A stretch of DNA of 64,000 bases, taken from assembly GCF_009914755.1 (NCBI RefSeq), contig NC_060947.1; one strand, 5' to 3'. How positions within the stretch are numbered: the first letter of the stretch is position 1; each line of letters starts with the position of its first letter. The DNA comes from the human T2T-CHM13v2.0 reference genome, Homo sapiens. The notes under the pieces were generated by a model. The model made no database searches. It was not told where the DNA came from and saw only the letters and a list, made by a program, of their open reading frames with translations. The translations under genes and the position numbers were made by a program. Positions 63,505-64,000 of this stretch are shown piece after piece.

Positions 63505-63812
63505 GATTATTATTATTATTGAGACAGGGTCTCACTCTGTCACCAAGGCTGGAATACAGTGGTGCCATCACAGCTCACTGCAGCCTCTATTTCCTGGGCT
63601 CAAGTGATCCTCCCATCTCAGTCCCTCGAGTAGCTAGGACCACAAGCAGGCACCACCATGCCAGGCTAATTTTTTTATTATTATTATTTTTGTAGTGATG
63701 GGGTCTTGCCATGTTGCCCAGGTTAGTCTTGAATTCCTGGGCTCAAGTGACCCTCTTATCTTGGCCTCCCAAAGTGCTGGATTTATAGGTATGAGCACCA
63801 CACCAAGCCTAC
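63505..63812 (-). mobile_element. AluJ
   Basis: Antisense Alu with (ATT)n tail, 'gagacagggtctcactc', 'ctcactgcagcc', 'gggctcaagtga'. Confidence 0.88.
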
Positions 63813-64000
63813 CCAGGCATATTATTCATGGCCAATCTAATACCTCCTCCATCTATGGCATGGTACACAGGAGGACCTGATGGATTTAGACTGCCAAATG
63901 GCAAACACCACTGTATAAGGTAGGCTAGCCTACATTGTGCTAACTACCCACAATTTTAGTAATACACATTTCTATTTCATTCTTGCTACATGTCTTACAT

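Overview
Primate, most likely human, intergenic DNA with no intact protein-coding gene. Most of it is interspersed repeats: L1 (L1MA, L1PA, a full-length L1PB, L1ME), Alu, MIR, L2, MaLR/ERVL LTRs and DNA-transposon fossils. Subfamily names are from recalled consensus sequences, not a database search. Notable items: (1) a perfect 180-bp palindrome at 38620-38799 (88-bp arms, 4-nt TATC spacer) at the 5' junction of a truncated L1PA3-like element and next to a MaLR LTR. This matches my recollection of the known Xq27.1 palindrome near SOX3, a hotspot for pathogenic interchromosomal insertions. A target-site duplication suggests it arose at the L1 insertion site as an inverted copy of the flank. 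(2) An EED processed pseudogene joined without a poly(A) tail to a 4-kb L1PA, both inserted in an older L1MA, which suggests an mRNA-L1 chimeric retrocopy. (3) A ~2-kb composite alternating purine/pyrimidine minisatellite carrying direct and inverted copies of flanking sequence. (4) An orphan CpG island at ~57.3-58.0 kb. Almost all listed ORFs are repeat-derived or spurious.
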